A DNA stretch of 27,794 bases. Source: a virus (taxonomy: Duplodnaviria; Caudoviricetes). Numbering within the stretch: position 1 is the stretch's first letter; each line of letters begins with the position of its first letter. This document shows, one piece after another, positions 1 to 8,196 of the stretch. The notes below the pieces were generated by a model. That model was not told the DNA's origin and did no database searches. It saw only the letters and a program-made list of their open reading frames with translations. The position numbers and the translations under genes were made by a program. The stretch covers positions 1 to 27,794 of IMG/VR virus record IMGVR_UViG_3300019875_000006; one strand, 5' to 3'.

Positions 1-1263
1 CGGCACGGCCACAGAAGCCAAACCAGAGCCGGACACCCCTATATCCGAGAGTGCGCTACCCACCTTTTGCAGTGCCGGTATCACCGTGGTAGCAATGTAG
101 TTAACGACGTTGGTCTGTATACCGCGCTTGAATGCCGTGAACTTCGACTGAGGAGTATCCCCAATTGCCTTGCTTGCCTTGTCCGTAGCTCCAGCAAGGT
201 TACCAAGTCCCGTGGCGGCCTTGCTCGGGTCAAGTGCAAACAGTGCCTTACCGAGATCCTCAGCTTTGGTGCCGAATAGGGCAACGGCTATCTGTGACTG
301 TTTAACCGGGTCCTTAACGTTCCGCAATCTGTCTAGGACTATGTCTAGACCCTTAGATGCACTAGTCCCACCCTTGCCTATCTGTGCCGCCATATCTTTC
401 GCGTTCAGACCAAGGGCTTTGAATCCTCCCGCTGATAGCTTAGTGCCGTCCACAGCTCTAATGCTGAATTCCTTCAGCGCGTCAGCGACGGTATCGGTAT
501 CACGCGCACCGGCCTTAAGACCCTGACTGAGCAGACCTAGTGCTGTCTTACCGTCCAGTCCTAGTTTACGGAACTGAGTAGAGTACTCCTTAAAGGTATC
601 TAGCAAGTCCTCAGACGAGTTCAAGCCCAATTGTGCGCCACGAGTAAGGATGTCAAAAGCGGATTGCGCGCTAGGAGCCAGACCAGTTCTCATGAGCTGT
701 GCCACGGTCCGGATCACCGCTCCAACATCTTCCCCCAATACTTGCCCGGTAGTTATTGCTCGCGCTGACATCTGCTCAAGAGCAGATGAGGAAGCCGTAC
801 GCATTCCATCCGTATTTTGAATCACGGACGTGATCGCGCTTCGTACCTCCTGCATATTCTCGCCATAGGCTTGCGAGAACAGCCGTCCGGCCACCCCACC
901 GATTCTTTGCGCCTGAGGACCCGTCACCCCTAGCTGAGCTTGAAACAATCCTTGAGCACCGGAGATGTCAAGGGCTTGCTCGAATCCTGAGGACAACTGG
1001 CTTGCTGCCAGTTCTCCCACTCGGGCTATCGCGACACCAGCCGCAATCTTTAGCGAGTCCGTGAATGCGCCACCGAATTTCTTCCCAGCTTCCTGCCCTG
1101 TCTTCGCAGTATCAGATGATCTCTTTATCTGATCAGAGAACGAACTACCGAACTTAGTACCGGCACGTCTTCCGGCATCGTCAAAATCCCGTTCGGCTTC
1201 ACGCCGGAAAGTATCAGACTGAGGACGAACCCTAATGAACGCACTAGCTAGAGGAGTGGGCAA
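1..1263 (-). CDS. Tape measure protein, N-terminal part (runs off window start; not in ORF track)
   Basis: TTG start at 1263 after SD GAGGAGG; open frame MPTPLASAFIRVRPQSDTFRRE...EDLLDTFKEYSTQFRKLGLDG...GARDTDTVADALKEFSIRA...ALFGTKAEDLG, typical of the phage minor-tail/TMP domain; lies directly after the tail chaperones. Confidence 0.93.
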   Translation of the reverse strand, partial: MPTPLASAFIRVRPQSDTFRREAERDFDDAGRRAGTKFGSSFSDQIKRSSDTAKTGQEAGKKFGGAFTDSLKIAAGVAIARVGELAASQLSSGFEQALDISGAQGLFQAQLGVTGPQAQRIGGVAGRLFSQAYGENMQEVRSAITSVIQNTDGMRTASSSALEQMSARAITTGQVLGEDVGAVIRTVAQLMRTGLAPSAQSAFDILTRGAQLGLNSSEDLLDTFKEYSTQFRKLGLDGKTALGLLSQGLKAGARDTDTVADALKEFSIRAVDGTKLSAGGFKALGLNAKDMAAQIGKGGTSASKGLDIVLDRLRNVKDPVKQSQIAVALFGTKAEDLGKALFALDPSKAATGLGNLAGATDKASKAIGDTPQSKFTAFKRGIQTNVVNYIATTVIPALQKVGSALSDIGVSGSGLASVAVP

Positions 1264-1267
1264 CCTA

Positions 1268-1546
1268 TTAACCTCCTCTCATTAGCCAGGTTTTTTCACG
1301 TGCCCTTTGTTTGTCATCTAGTGGTGCGTTCAATTCCTCTAGGAATTCATCGCTTTCTTGCTCAGTTCGGCCATCCAGCGACAGCACATATACGACATTG
1401 CATGCCTGTCTTGGCGTCAGCCGGTAGAGACCTTCCCCAGGTCCCCCACCGAAACCAGGTGTTCCCGCTGACCTGATGAGGTATCCGTCAAGGAATCCGG
1501 CATTGTCTGTGACAATGGAGATGAGTCGGATTCCTGCGACGTAGGG
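1268..1546 (-). CDS. Tail assembly chaperone -1 frameshift extension (lambda gpT-like segment)
   Basis: The -1 frame relative to the chaperone reads PYVAGIRLISIVTDNAGFLDGYLIR...GLYRLTPRQACNVVYVLSLDGRTEQESDEFLEELNAP...LMRGG* and stops 4 nt before the TMP start; it has no convincing start of its own. Confidence 0.75.
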   Translation of the reverse strand, partial: PYVAGIRLISIVTDNAGFLDGYLIRSAGTPGFGGGPGEGLYRLTPRQACNVVYVLSLDGRTEQESDEFLEELNAPLDDKQRAREKTWLMRGG

Positions 1547-2028
1547 CGGGCCGTGAGAAGCTCCACCGTTTGCTGAACCACCGGCATAAGGTCCTCAGCG
1601 TCAGCTTTCTTTGCCTTCGCATGTGCCCGGAAACGGTCCCACTCACTAGGTCCCGTTTTCTCTCCCTGTTCATCCACCGGGGCATCATCATCGGGAATGC
1701 AATCCCTCAGCATCTCGTAAATGGCCACGAGAGCCTCCATGTCCCCGGTACTCATCCCAGAATTCGCATGGTACGCGAATTCCATCAAGGGCATGAGTCC
1801 TACCTTGTCCGCAATGCGGAACTCCTTACTCATAAAGGTAACGCGTCGTGCAAGGGTGATGCCATCCTTGATGACTTCCACACCTTCGGTCATTGCCTGA
1901 ACTCGAATGGCTTCATCTTCTGCCAATTGCTCAGGAGTCCGTGTGTCCTGTACGGTCTCGACTTCCACAGACGCGTAATCCTGCGGGAGTGCTCGCAACG
2001 CCTGTCTTGGGTCCATCTGCTGAGCCAT
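1417..2028 (-). CDS. Tail assembly chaperone (lambda gpG-like)
   Basis: Lies between the major tail gene and TMP; SD AAGGA precedes ATG 2028; ends in RPT followed by a Ser-rich tail. Confidence 0.8.
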   Translation of the reverse strand: MAQQMDPRQALRALPQDYASVEVETVQDTRTPEQLAEDEAIRVQAMTEGVEVIKDGITLARRVTFMSKEFRIADKVGLMPLMEFAYHANSGMSTGDMEALVAIYEMLRDCIPDDDAPVDEQGEKTGPSEWDRFRAHAKAKKADAEDLMPVVQQTVELLTARPTSQESDSSPLSQTMPDSLTDTSSGQREHLVSVGDLGKVSTG

Positions 2029-2081
2029 GCTCATTTCCTTTTCCATCACGTCTAGCGCTCTGGTGTCTCGTACCTCTGGTA

Positions 2082-2121
2082 CCGGAGCCTGTTCTCCGTG
2101 GGCCGATAAAACAGGCTCCGG
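2082..2121 (-). terminator. Stem-loop after the major tail gene (terminator/attenuator-like)
   Basis: 12-bp perfect inverted repeat CCGGAGCCTGTT/AACAGGCTCCGG with a 16-nt loop, 8 nt past the stop codon; no U-tract. Confidence 0.55.
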
Positions 2122-2129
2122 CCGCTTTG

Positions 2130-2711
2130 TCAGCCTCTTGCCGCTCCAGCCGTCCAGTACTTGAACGGTGGAAGTCCAGATGGTTTCTCGGCTCGGAATT
2201 CTGCCGGAAGCGTTCCCTTATTCGCTCCCTTTTTCCGTGAGACCTTAACATCACCGGTTTGGAAGCACTGATACATCACCATACGTTCAGTGGAATCTTG
2301 CGCTTCCCATCCCACCATGCCCCGGATTTCTGCTCCCACTTCTGGTGGACTATATTCGCTCAGAAGGGTTGCGCCTGATCCACTCGTGGTCAGTGTGCCA
2401 CCATTCAGCACCCGCTTGAAGTTCGTCGCATGAACTTGAGCCAGCTCGAAAGTAATCGAGATCTCACGGCCAGTGGACACAACGGCCACGGGATCGTAAT
2501 ACTCAGCCACTTCCACGTCATCGGTCGCGGGCTTGTAAGAGAACTCTGATCCATCATCGGTGGCCCCGAAAAGAAGCCATGCACCTGGCCACGTGTCCGT
2601 GAACACGCTACCTGCAACCGTGTTCGCTGGTAGCGTACTGGCCAACGGAGCCCAGTAGAGGAAGCCCGGACCGAGTGCAATAGCATCGATCGGAACGGTA
2701 ACAGTGGGCAT
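2130..2711 (-). CDS. Major tail (tube) protein
   Basis: 193 aa, IALGPGFLYWAP...W...GATDDGSEFSY...FELAQ pattern; SD GAAAGGA; positioned before the chaperones. Confidence 0.85.
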   Translation of the reverse strand: MPTVTVPIDAIALGPGFLYWAPLASTLPANTVAGSVFTDTWPGAWLLFGATDDGSEFSYKPATDDVEVAEYYDPVAVVSTGREISITFELAQVHATNFKRVLNGGTLTTSGSGATLLSEYSPPEVGAEIRGMVGWEAQDSTERMVMYQCFQTGDVKVSRKKGANKGTLPAEFRAEKPSGLPPFKYWTAGAARG

Positions 2712-2757
2712 TATCCCGAATCCTTTCTATGCCGCCATGCGACACACTTTTACTGCC

Positions 2758-3168
2758 CTAAGCAGTGATCCAGAAATCAGCATCTACTAGGTAGCGGAAT
2801 TCTTCACGAGTGGTTAGCTGATCATCAATGGGAACCGGTCCCGTTATATTGTCCACTATTAGAATCTTGTAATCTCCCGCTTTCTCCGGCACGCCATTAA
2901 TACTCTCCAAGATTGTCATGTAAGCCACGGCGGCATTAGCGGCAGCCTGTTTTGTACTTGCATAGATAGTTGCACTGATACGAGCCCGGCCGACTGGTCT
3001 CTCTGCCGTCAGGTCCCCCGGTGTTCCTACGGTCATGATCATTGCATACACGCCTTGTGACCGAATGCGCTTCAAATGCGCACCACGCACGAGCGGCTTA
3101 CTCGGTCCCACCAGATCAGCGCGTGAATTAATCCAGTTCTTTACGACTCCCTCAGCATCGTAAGCCAT
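2758..3168 (-). CDS. Tail terminator / tail completion protein
   Basis: 136 aa immediately upstream of the major tail gene; call rests mainly on synteny. Confidence 0.65.
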   Translation of the reverse strand: MAYDAEGVVKNWINSRADLVGPSKPLVRGAHLKRIRSQGVYAMIMTVGTPGDLTAERPVGRARISATIYASTKQAAANAAVAYMTILESINGVPEKAGDYKILIVDNITGPVPIDDQLTTREEFRYLVDADFWITA

Positions 3169-3169
3169 C

Positions 3170-3610
3170 TCACATCATCGCCCTAATATCATCCATGGCC
3201 GGACGCAAATAGGGTTGCGGATTGGTGCCCGGATGATGGACTTCCCGTCCGAATACTCTCCCCTTCTTATCGCGGAGAGGGTACGGACCATGAGACTTGA
3301 TAGTGTGGGCAGCCGTGCCGACTTCCACACCTAGAGCATACGGGTATCCATTTGGAGTTTTGGCCGGAGACTGGATATCGACGTATAGCCCTTGATCATC
3401 TGTGCCTATGGTCCACCCAATTTGAGAGCGCATGTATCCGGATGGCCTTCCATGACTCCCGTCCGGGCTCACGGGCGCGCGTCGCTTGGCACCCTGCGCG
3501 CCGGTCTCCCCCACCCTGACCAGATACAGGCCTACCGGACCCGCTTCCGAGTTGAGAAGTCGGTTCAGTTCACGATCGTTCCAGATGATCCGGCCACCGG
3601 TCGCCATCAC
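3170..3610 (-). CDS. Neck / minor tail protein (HK97 gp10-like)
   Basis: AKRRAPV...G.MRSQI...YALGVEVGT...HPGTNPQPYLRPAM motif pattern. Confidence 0.8.
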   Translation of the reverse strand: MMATGGRIIWNDRELNRLLNSEAGPVGLYLVRVGETGAQGAKRRAPVSPDGSHGRPSGYMRSQIGWTIGTDDQGLYVDIQSPAKTPNGYPYALGVEVGTAAHTIKSHGPYPLRDKKGRVFGREVHHPGTNPQPYLRPAMDDIRAMM

Positions 3611-3834
3611 TCACGCTCCGGTTGAGAGTGCTCTAGTCGCCACAGTATGCCCTGTACGGTCCCGAGTGCTTCTGTGGCGTCCGAACTCATGGCGGTATAC
3701 ACCTCGGGAGTCAAAGCGGCACAGAACCGCGCCATAGCGGCAGTCAGACCCGTAAAGGGTTCCACATCTAGAAGCCGGACAGATATAGACTCCGGCATCT
3801 CCCGCTGTGGCTGATCTTCCTCCCGGTGTGCCAT
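3607..3834 (-). CDS. Hypothetical protein (75 aa)
   Basis: Fills the gap in the operon with a GTGA overlap to the next gene. Confidence 0.6.
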   Translation of the reverse strand: MAHREEDQPQREMPESISVRLLDVEPFTGLTAAMARFCAALTPEVYTAMSSDATEALGTVQGILWRLEHSQPERE

Positions 3835-3836
3835 GA

Positions 3837-4157
3837 TCAGGTGCTCTTGCCCGTATCTGGTTTCTTGCTGGATGATCCACCGGCACGGACACTCTTGAAC
3901 GTTGCCGACTCTTCAGCGGCCGGAACCTTCCTCAGATGCGCAGGCATCTCTCCGCGCTCCATGGGACGCTCCGGCTCGTCTCCCGGCCGAGCGTCCCACT
4001 CATCCCGCCGGATCACGAGATTGTCATCCAGCCACGACGGGTTAGCTTTCACGGTGGCATCCGGTACCGGGTCACCAGTATTGAACGCGGTAACCATGCC
4101 GGTCTTGATGGTGCCGGTTGCCACGTACCCGTATACATCTTCCGGTCGGTGTGACAT
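3837..4157 (-). CDS. Hypothetical protein in head-tail region (106 aa)
   Basis: TGATG coupling to the upstream gene; charged low-complexity C-terminus. Confidence 0.7.
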   Translation of the reverse strand: MSHRPEDVYGYVATGTIKTGMVTAFNTGDPVPDATVKANPSWLDDNLVIRRDEWDARPGDEPERPMERGEMPAHLRKVPAAEESATFKSVRAGGSSSKKPDTGKST

Positions 4158-4588
4158 CAGATATCGTTCCTATCTCCCCACCAAGTGGGTTCGGGAAATG
4201 TCCATGTTGGTACTCCGGTCTCAGTATTAGACCCTTGACTTTCCGTGGCCTTCCGAAACTGGTCCCATTCGTAACGGGCTCGTGCATCAAGTTGAGCGTA
4301 ATAGTTCGCGTCTGCGTTTCGATCTGGATATGCAAGCTCGATATCAGCGGCGGCACGCCACATCACAGCATTCTTAGCAAGCGGTTCCAGAGCCGGAGTT
4401 ATGGAGGTGACGATGGCTTCAGCATCGGTAACCGCGTGGTCTATGATCTGCTGTGCTTGGAGACCGGTTGGCCGGGTGTCGTCATTAAACGTATTTAGGT
4501 ACTCGTCTTCACCGGGCAGATTGACATTAACGGTACGCGTAGGTATGCATCCCGCTACTTCATCCAATGTCGGTGCCCACGTGACCAT
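4157..4588 (-). CDS. Head-to-tail adaptor/connector
   Basis: 143 aa, WAPTLDEVA...FNDDTRPT...AAADIELAYP pattern seen in actinophage adaptors; synteny after the capsid genes. Confidence 0.7.
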   Translation of the reverse strand: MVTWAPTLDEVAGCIPTRTVNVNLPGEDEYLNTFNDDTRPTGLQAQQIIDHAVTDAEAIVTSITPALEPLAKNAVMWRAAADIELAYPDRNADANYYAQLDARARYEWDQFRKATESQGSNTETGVPTWTFPEPTWWGDRNDI

Positions 4589-4962
4589 TAGAGCCCCGGA
4601 ATAGTTTTCGCTTTGACAGTCACGTTGGTTACAGCGGAATAGGTCACGGCCACGAGACCCGCGTTTACCCCGCCTTGATCAAACCGGCCGTCGTTCTTGA
4701 TGAACACTTCTTGTTCATCGGTAGCCGCAAGAACCACTGTAACGTCTTTATCGTCTCCGTAATTGCTAGTGACGACAGAGTTAATTGTGGTCGTACATGC
4801 GGTACCGGCTGAACGCAGCGTCAACAAGATACCCTGTCCGCTAATAGGGAACATGTCCCCACCGACGTTAGCGGCTACAAATCCGGCCGCCTGTCCTTGA
4901 TTTGTGCCACCGGTAAATGCCTTACTCAGCACTCGCACGACCGGAGCCGTTAGAGTTGCCAT
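4588..4962 (-). CDS. Putative virion structural (head-associated/decoration) protein
   Basis: 124 aa rich in Thr/Val/Gly/Ala (beta-rich); TAATG-coupled to the adaptor gene. Confidence 0.6.
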   Translation of the reverse strand: MATLTAPVVRVLSKAFTGGTNQGQAAGFVAANVGGDMFPISGQGILLTLRSAGTACTTTINSVVTSNYGDDKDVTVVLAATDEQEVFIKNDGRFDQGGVNAGLVAVTYSAVTNVTVKAKTIPGL

Positions 4963-4984
4963 GAACCCATCTCCATTCAGAACA

Positions 4985-5051
4985 GCACGGCGGGACGCTT
5001 GGTGACGCTAGACCCGGTCGTGCTCACCGTGTGTCGCACATCCCGCCGTAC
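4985..5051 (-). terminator. Extended stem-loop downstream of the capsid genes
   Basis: On the minus strand GUACGGCGGGAUG pairs with CGUCCCGCCGUGC (two G-U pairs) and encloses a GGUGA/UCACC inner stem. Confidence 0.55.
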
Positions 5052-5060
5052 CGCGTACTG

Positions 5061-5405
5061 TTACTTGAACCGGTCCATGAGTGCTTGCTTGCTCATGGAT
5101 TTCGCTTGCGATGCTGGAAGACGGCTCGGGTTGCGTTCGTCAGATGCGTACGCTTCCCATGCCGCTTTTGAATCTTCTGGAGATGGCTTCTGTAGCAATT
5201 CCGGTGCCGGTTCCGCATCATCTTCTGACGGGGTTTCGGAAGTGTCCGGTACGACGTCCACCGGCTTTACAGCACCGATAACCATCAAGGTTTCCACCTG
5301 TCCGGTATCCACACCATCGGGAACCAGTTCCCCGCGCTTCAGCGTGGTAGCGTTCCCGTCCGGGTCATAGACATTGCACAGATTCCATACAACCTGATTC
5401 GGCAT
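5061..5405 (-). CDS. Hypothetical protein after major capsid (114 aa)
   Basis: SD AGGGGA; acidic linker plus a C-terminal KAAWEAYA...MSKQALM helical motif common in post-capsid genes. Confidence 0.75.
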   Translation of the reverse strand: MPNQVVWNLCNVYDPDGNATTLKRGELVPDGVDTGQVETLMVIGAVKPVDVVPDTSETPSEDDAEPAPELLQKPSPEDSKAAWEAYASDERNPSRLPASQAKSMSKQALMDRFK

Positions 5406-5418
5406 ATCATTTCCCCTA

Positions 5419-6354
5419 TCAGGTCAGAGCGGTACCCGTGATGGTGCACCCGGCTCCCGGCTCCTGAACTACCGGAACCACCGGCCGACGTCCACGCACG
5501 AGCCATTGATCGTTCGCGTCTGGATCACGTCGTGTCCATGACTCGACACCGTTTGCAGGATCACCCTGGTATTCCGGCGACTCCAGGCGCTCGTACGCGA
5601 GACCTCCGAGCATCGTAGAATCGAGAACCTGAGCCTTGACGCCGGTTGGTAGGTTGTTTGTGGGCAGGATACGGAGACCAGCGATACTCACCACGTCTCC
5701 GGTTTCGGTAACTGTCATGCCTACTCCGCGCTCTCGTGCGAGACCAGAAATAATCTTCTGGTCCGCGACGATTCGCGCGTACCCTTCATCCGTCGTGATC
5801 ATGGTGTCAGGATCGTACCCCTGATCCAATTTCGTGACGACGGACTTGGCAAGCATAATGTCAAGCAAGATGTCACGAGATGCGTTGTTCCATGCCGCCG
5901 CTACAGCCTGAGTTTGCGTCACAGCTGCCGCAATGGCTGCCAGTGCTACAGAGTCCACTTGCTTGACCATATAGTTGACAACCTTCTGAAGGGACACATC
6001 CACGGCGCGACGCCCGAACCGGTGTACGTGCTCGTCTGTTACCGGAACGTCTTGACCCCATTTGGTCACACCGGCCAGTGCCGCCGGACCCGGTGCCGCT
6101 GAAGCACGCGGGTACTCAGCACCGGCATTGACTGCGCTCGGGGCTCGGGACGTGTAAATGGACTCGCTCTGTTCATACAGAAGTGAACCGCCGGAAGTCT
6201 CGTACCGGCCAGTAAGAAGGACATCGGCAAGGAAACGGTTCTCGGCAATCGTCCTCAGACGCCGCTGAACGGCAGCCGGAGAATTCAGGAACCGAGAGAT
6301 GGTGATACTGTCCCCGGAAATGGTCGGGGGAGCTGGAGGGTAAGTGTGTGGCAT
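5419..6354 (-). CDS. Major capsid protein (HK97 fold)
   Basis: 311 aa from ATG 6354 (TAATG overlap with the cement gene); VNAGAEYP, KWGQDVPVTDE and PVVQEPGAGCTITG motifs; synteny. Confidence 0.88.
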   Translation of the reverse strand: MPHTYPPAPPTISGDSITISRFLNSPAAVQRRLRTIAENRFLADVLLTGRYETSGGSLLYEQSESIYTSRAPSAVNAGAEYPRASAAPGPAALAGVTKWGQDVPVTDEHVHRFGRRAVDVSLQKVVNYMVKQVDSVALAAIAAAVTQTQAVAAAWNNASRDILLDIMLAKSVVTKLDQGYDPDTMITTDEGYARIVADQKIISGLARERGVGMTVTETGDVVSIAGLRILPTNNLPTGVKAQVLDSTMLGGLAYERLESPEYQGDPANGVESWTRRDPDANDQWLVRGRRPVVPVVQEPGAGCTITGTALT

Positions 6355-6731
6355 TATCGATACGCCTTCCATTTACAGAGAGCCGTGTCAGCGGCAGTCG
6401 TGAGAGCGATACCGATAGCCTTGTCAAATGTCGCAGCCCCTACCGTCGCAATTGTCCCCGCGACTGCCCCGACGATGACAAGGTCTCCGGCCGTGATGCC
6501 ACCGGCCGCTGTAGACTCGTGCACCATGCCCGGACCACTGAGCACCGTGACAGGTGCGCCGTTAGCGGCATCGTGAGCCGCAATGCCCACGTACTTAGCC
6601 GCACTGGCAGAGATAGCCGGAGCCACCGTATTCACACCGGATACCGCAAGGGTATTCCCGCCAACAATGGTAGCGGAAGCGGTCAAGGTAACTTCGTTAC
6701 CAGGATTGTAAATAGGGACATAGTCAGCCAT
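6354..6731 (-). CDS. Capsid cement/decoration protein (DUF2190-like)
   Basis: The real start is ATG 6731 (MADYVPIYNPG), 1 nt after the protease stop; VGIAAHDAANGAPVTV...ITAGDLV...IGIALT pattern. Confidence 0.8.
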   Translation of the reverse strand: MADYVPIYNPGNEVTLTASATIVGGNTLAVSGVNTVAPAISASAAKYVGIAAHDAANGAPVTVLSGPGMVHESTAAGGITAGDLVIVGAVAGTIATVGAATFDKAIGIALTTAADTALCKWKAYR

Positions 6732-6732
6732 A

Positions 6733-8196
6733 TCAGTGACCAACCCTTTCCGGTCGAGTCTCCGGGTAGAGACTGAAATACGTCTCATCCAGTTCGTACG
6801 ACTCTCCGCCACCGTAGCCGGAAGCAGCAAGCGGTACGAGACCCTTTGCCAGATTCTCGATTTGAGTACGCGTCCCGTCAGGGTCCGCATCCCAGAGCCG
6901 TTCCCAATGCTCTTTTCGAGCCGGAGCAAACTTGCCGTCATGGATAGCGGCCGCGATGATGGAATCGCGTTCGTTCTTTCGCATGGTCTCGAATGCTGCC
7001 GCGCCCTGTTGCGCTTGGCGTTGCATCTCCGTGACGATGGACTGATCCAGGATCACAACACCGGACCCGGCCGCAACCGGCGCGGCCGGTGGAGTAGCGG
7101 GCTCGGGTGTCGGCTCAGGTGCCGGATCTGTGCTCTGACGTCCGGCCGCAATTGCGGCCAGAATGTCATCATCGGAAGCATCGGACGAGAGTCCGAGAGC
7201 TTCACGAAGTTTTGCCGAGTCCATATCTTCGGACTCCCTTCCCTTGATCGGTGCGCCGTGCACTTGCTCTATGGCTTCCTTAGCCGTGACAGGTTTGGGA
7301 GCCGCTTTCTTAGGGTCCTCCTTAGGGCGTGATTCCTCCCTGGATGCGTACACGATGCGGTTATGGCCACTCGTCACGGCTGCCGCCGCTGTGCTCGTGC
7401 CGCCGTTTGGAAGGTCCACGTACTCGATTTCGACCGGGATAGGTTCCCCGAAAGTGAAGGACCCATTATCCAGCGTGATAGGGACACGGGAATATTCGCC
7501 GGTCGCTTCATCCAAGGTAATCAACTGAAGCGGGTCCAGCTCAAATTCCTTAATCCACACTGAAAAAGGAGCCGTTTCGTAGTAGTCCCTACGAATATCT
7601 TCCGTGGTGACTCCGGCCGCTACTTCTCTCGGTTTTGGATTGGGCATCGTAGGTACTCCCTTTGATGCATGGATAGTTACTGAGAATCCCCTGTCTTGTA
7701 CGGAATCAGATGCCACAACTTCCACGCCGTAAAGGGATGCGACATCCTGAAGGCTCTCTAGTGTCCCGATTCCAGGGGGTGTAACGCCTAGCAATGCAAC
7801 GGCCGTAATGACGAATGGGTGAAGGTGCCCCAATTGGCACATGAAATCCCATACCGCTTCCATGGAGCGATCAGGATACGCGCTAGCCAAGACAGGTCCG
7901 AGCCATCCCGGCATACCCGCATAATCGCCTATGATGGTGTGCCCGCTATCGGCAGTAGCTAGATTGTCCACCCATCCTACGGCGGGCTCTCCATCAAATC
8001 GCGTATCGGTATGGCCTATCTTGAGCACCGGTTTACGCACTGCCGGACAGTCGAGAGCGGCAACAGCATTTGCAAAGTCATCGTCAGTCAGAGTTACGAG
8101 CCCAGAACTGATATTCCATTGACCAGTCTGAGCAATCTCCACATTCGGTTGATTACTCAATGCAGGTAGAACCATTTCAGTAATCGCGCTAGTCAT
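6733..8196 (-). CDS. Capsid maturation protease / scaffold (Mu gpI-like)
   Basis: N-terminal PVLKIGH...GEPAVGWV...YPDRSME...AVALLG..PP protease domain; C-terminal helical scaffold LREALGL...AIHDGKFAPA. Confidence 0.85.
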   Translation of the reverse strand: MTSAITEMVLPALSNQPNVEIAQTGQWNISSGLVTLTDDDFANAVAALDCPAVRKPVLKIGHTDTRFDGEPAVGWVDNLATADSGHTIIGDYAGMPGWLGPVLASAYPDRSMEAVWDFMCQLGHLHPFVITAVALLGVTPPGIGTLESLQDVASLYGVEVVASDSVQDRGFSVTIHASKGVPTMPNPKPREVAAGVTTEDIRRDYYETAPFSVWIKEFELDPLQLITLDEATGEYSRVPITLDNGSFTFGEPIPVEIEYVDLPNGGTSTAAAAVTSGHNRIVYASREESRPKEDPKKAAPKPVTAKEAIEQVHGAPIKGRESEDMDSAKLREALGLSSDASDDDILAAIAAGRQSTDPAPEPTPEPATPPAAPVAAGSGVVILDQSIVTEMQRQAQQGAAAFETMRKNERDSIIAAAIHDGKFAPARKEHWERLWDADPDGTRTQIENLAKGLVPLAASGYGGGESYELDETYFSLYPETRPERVGH

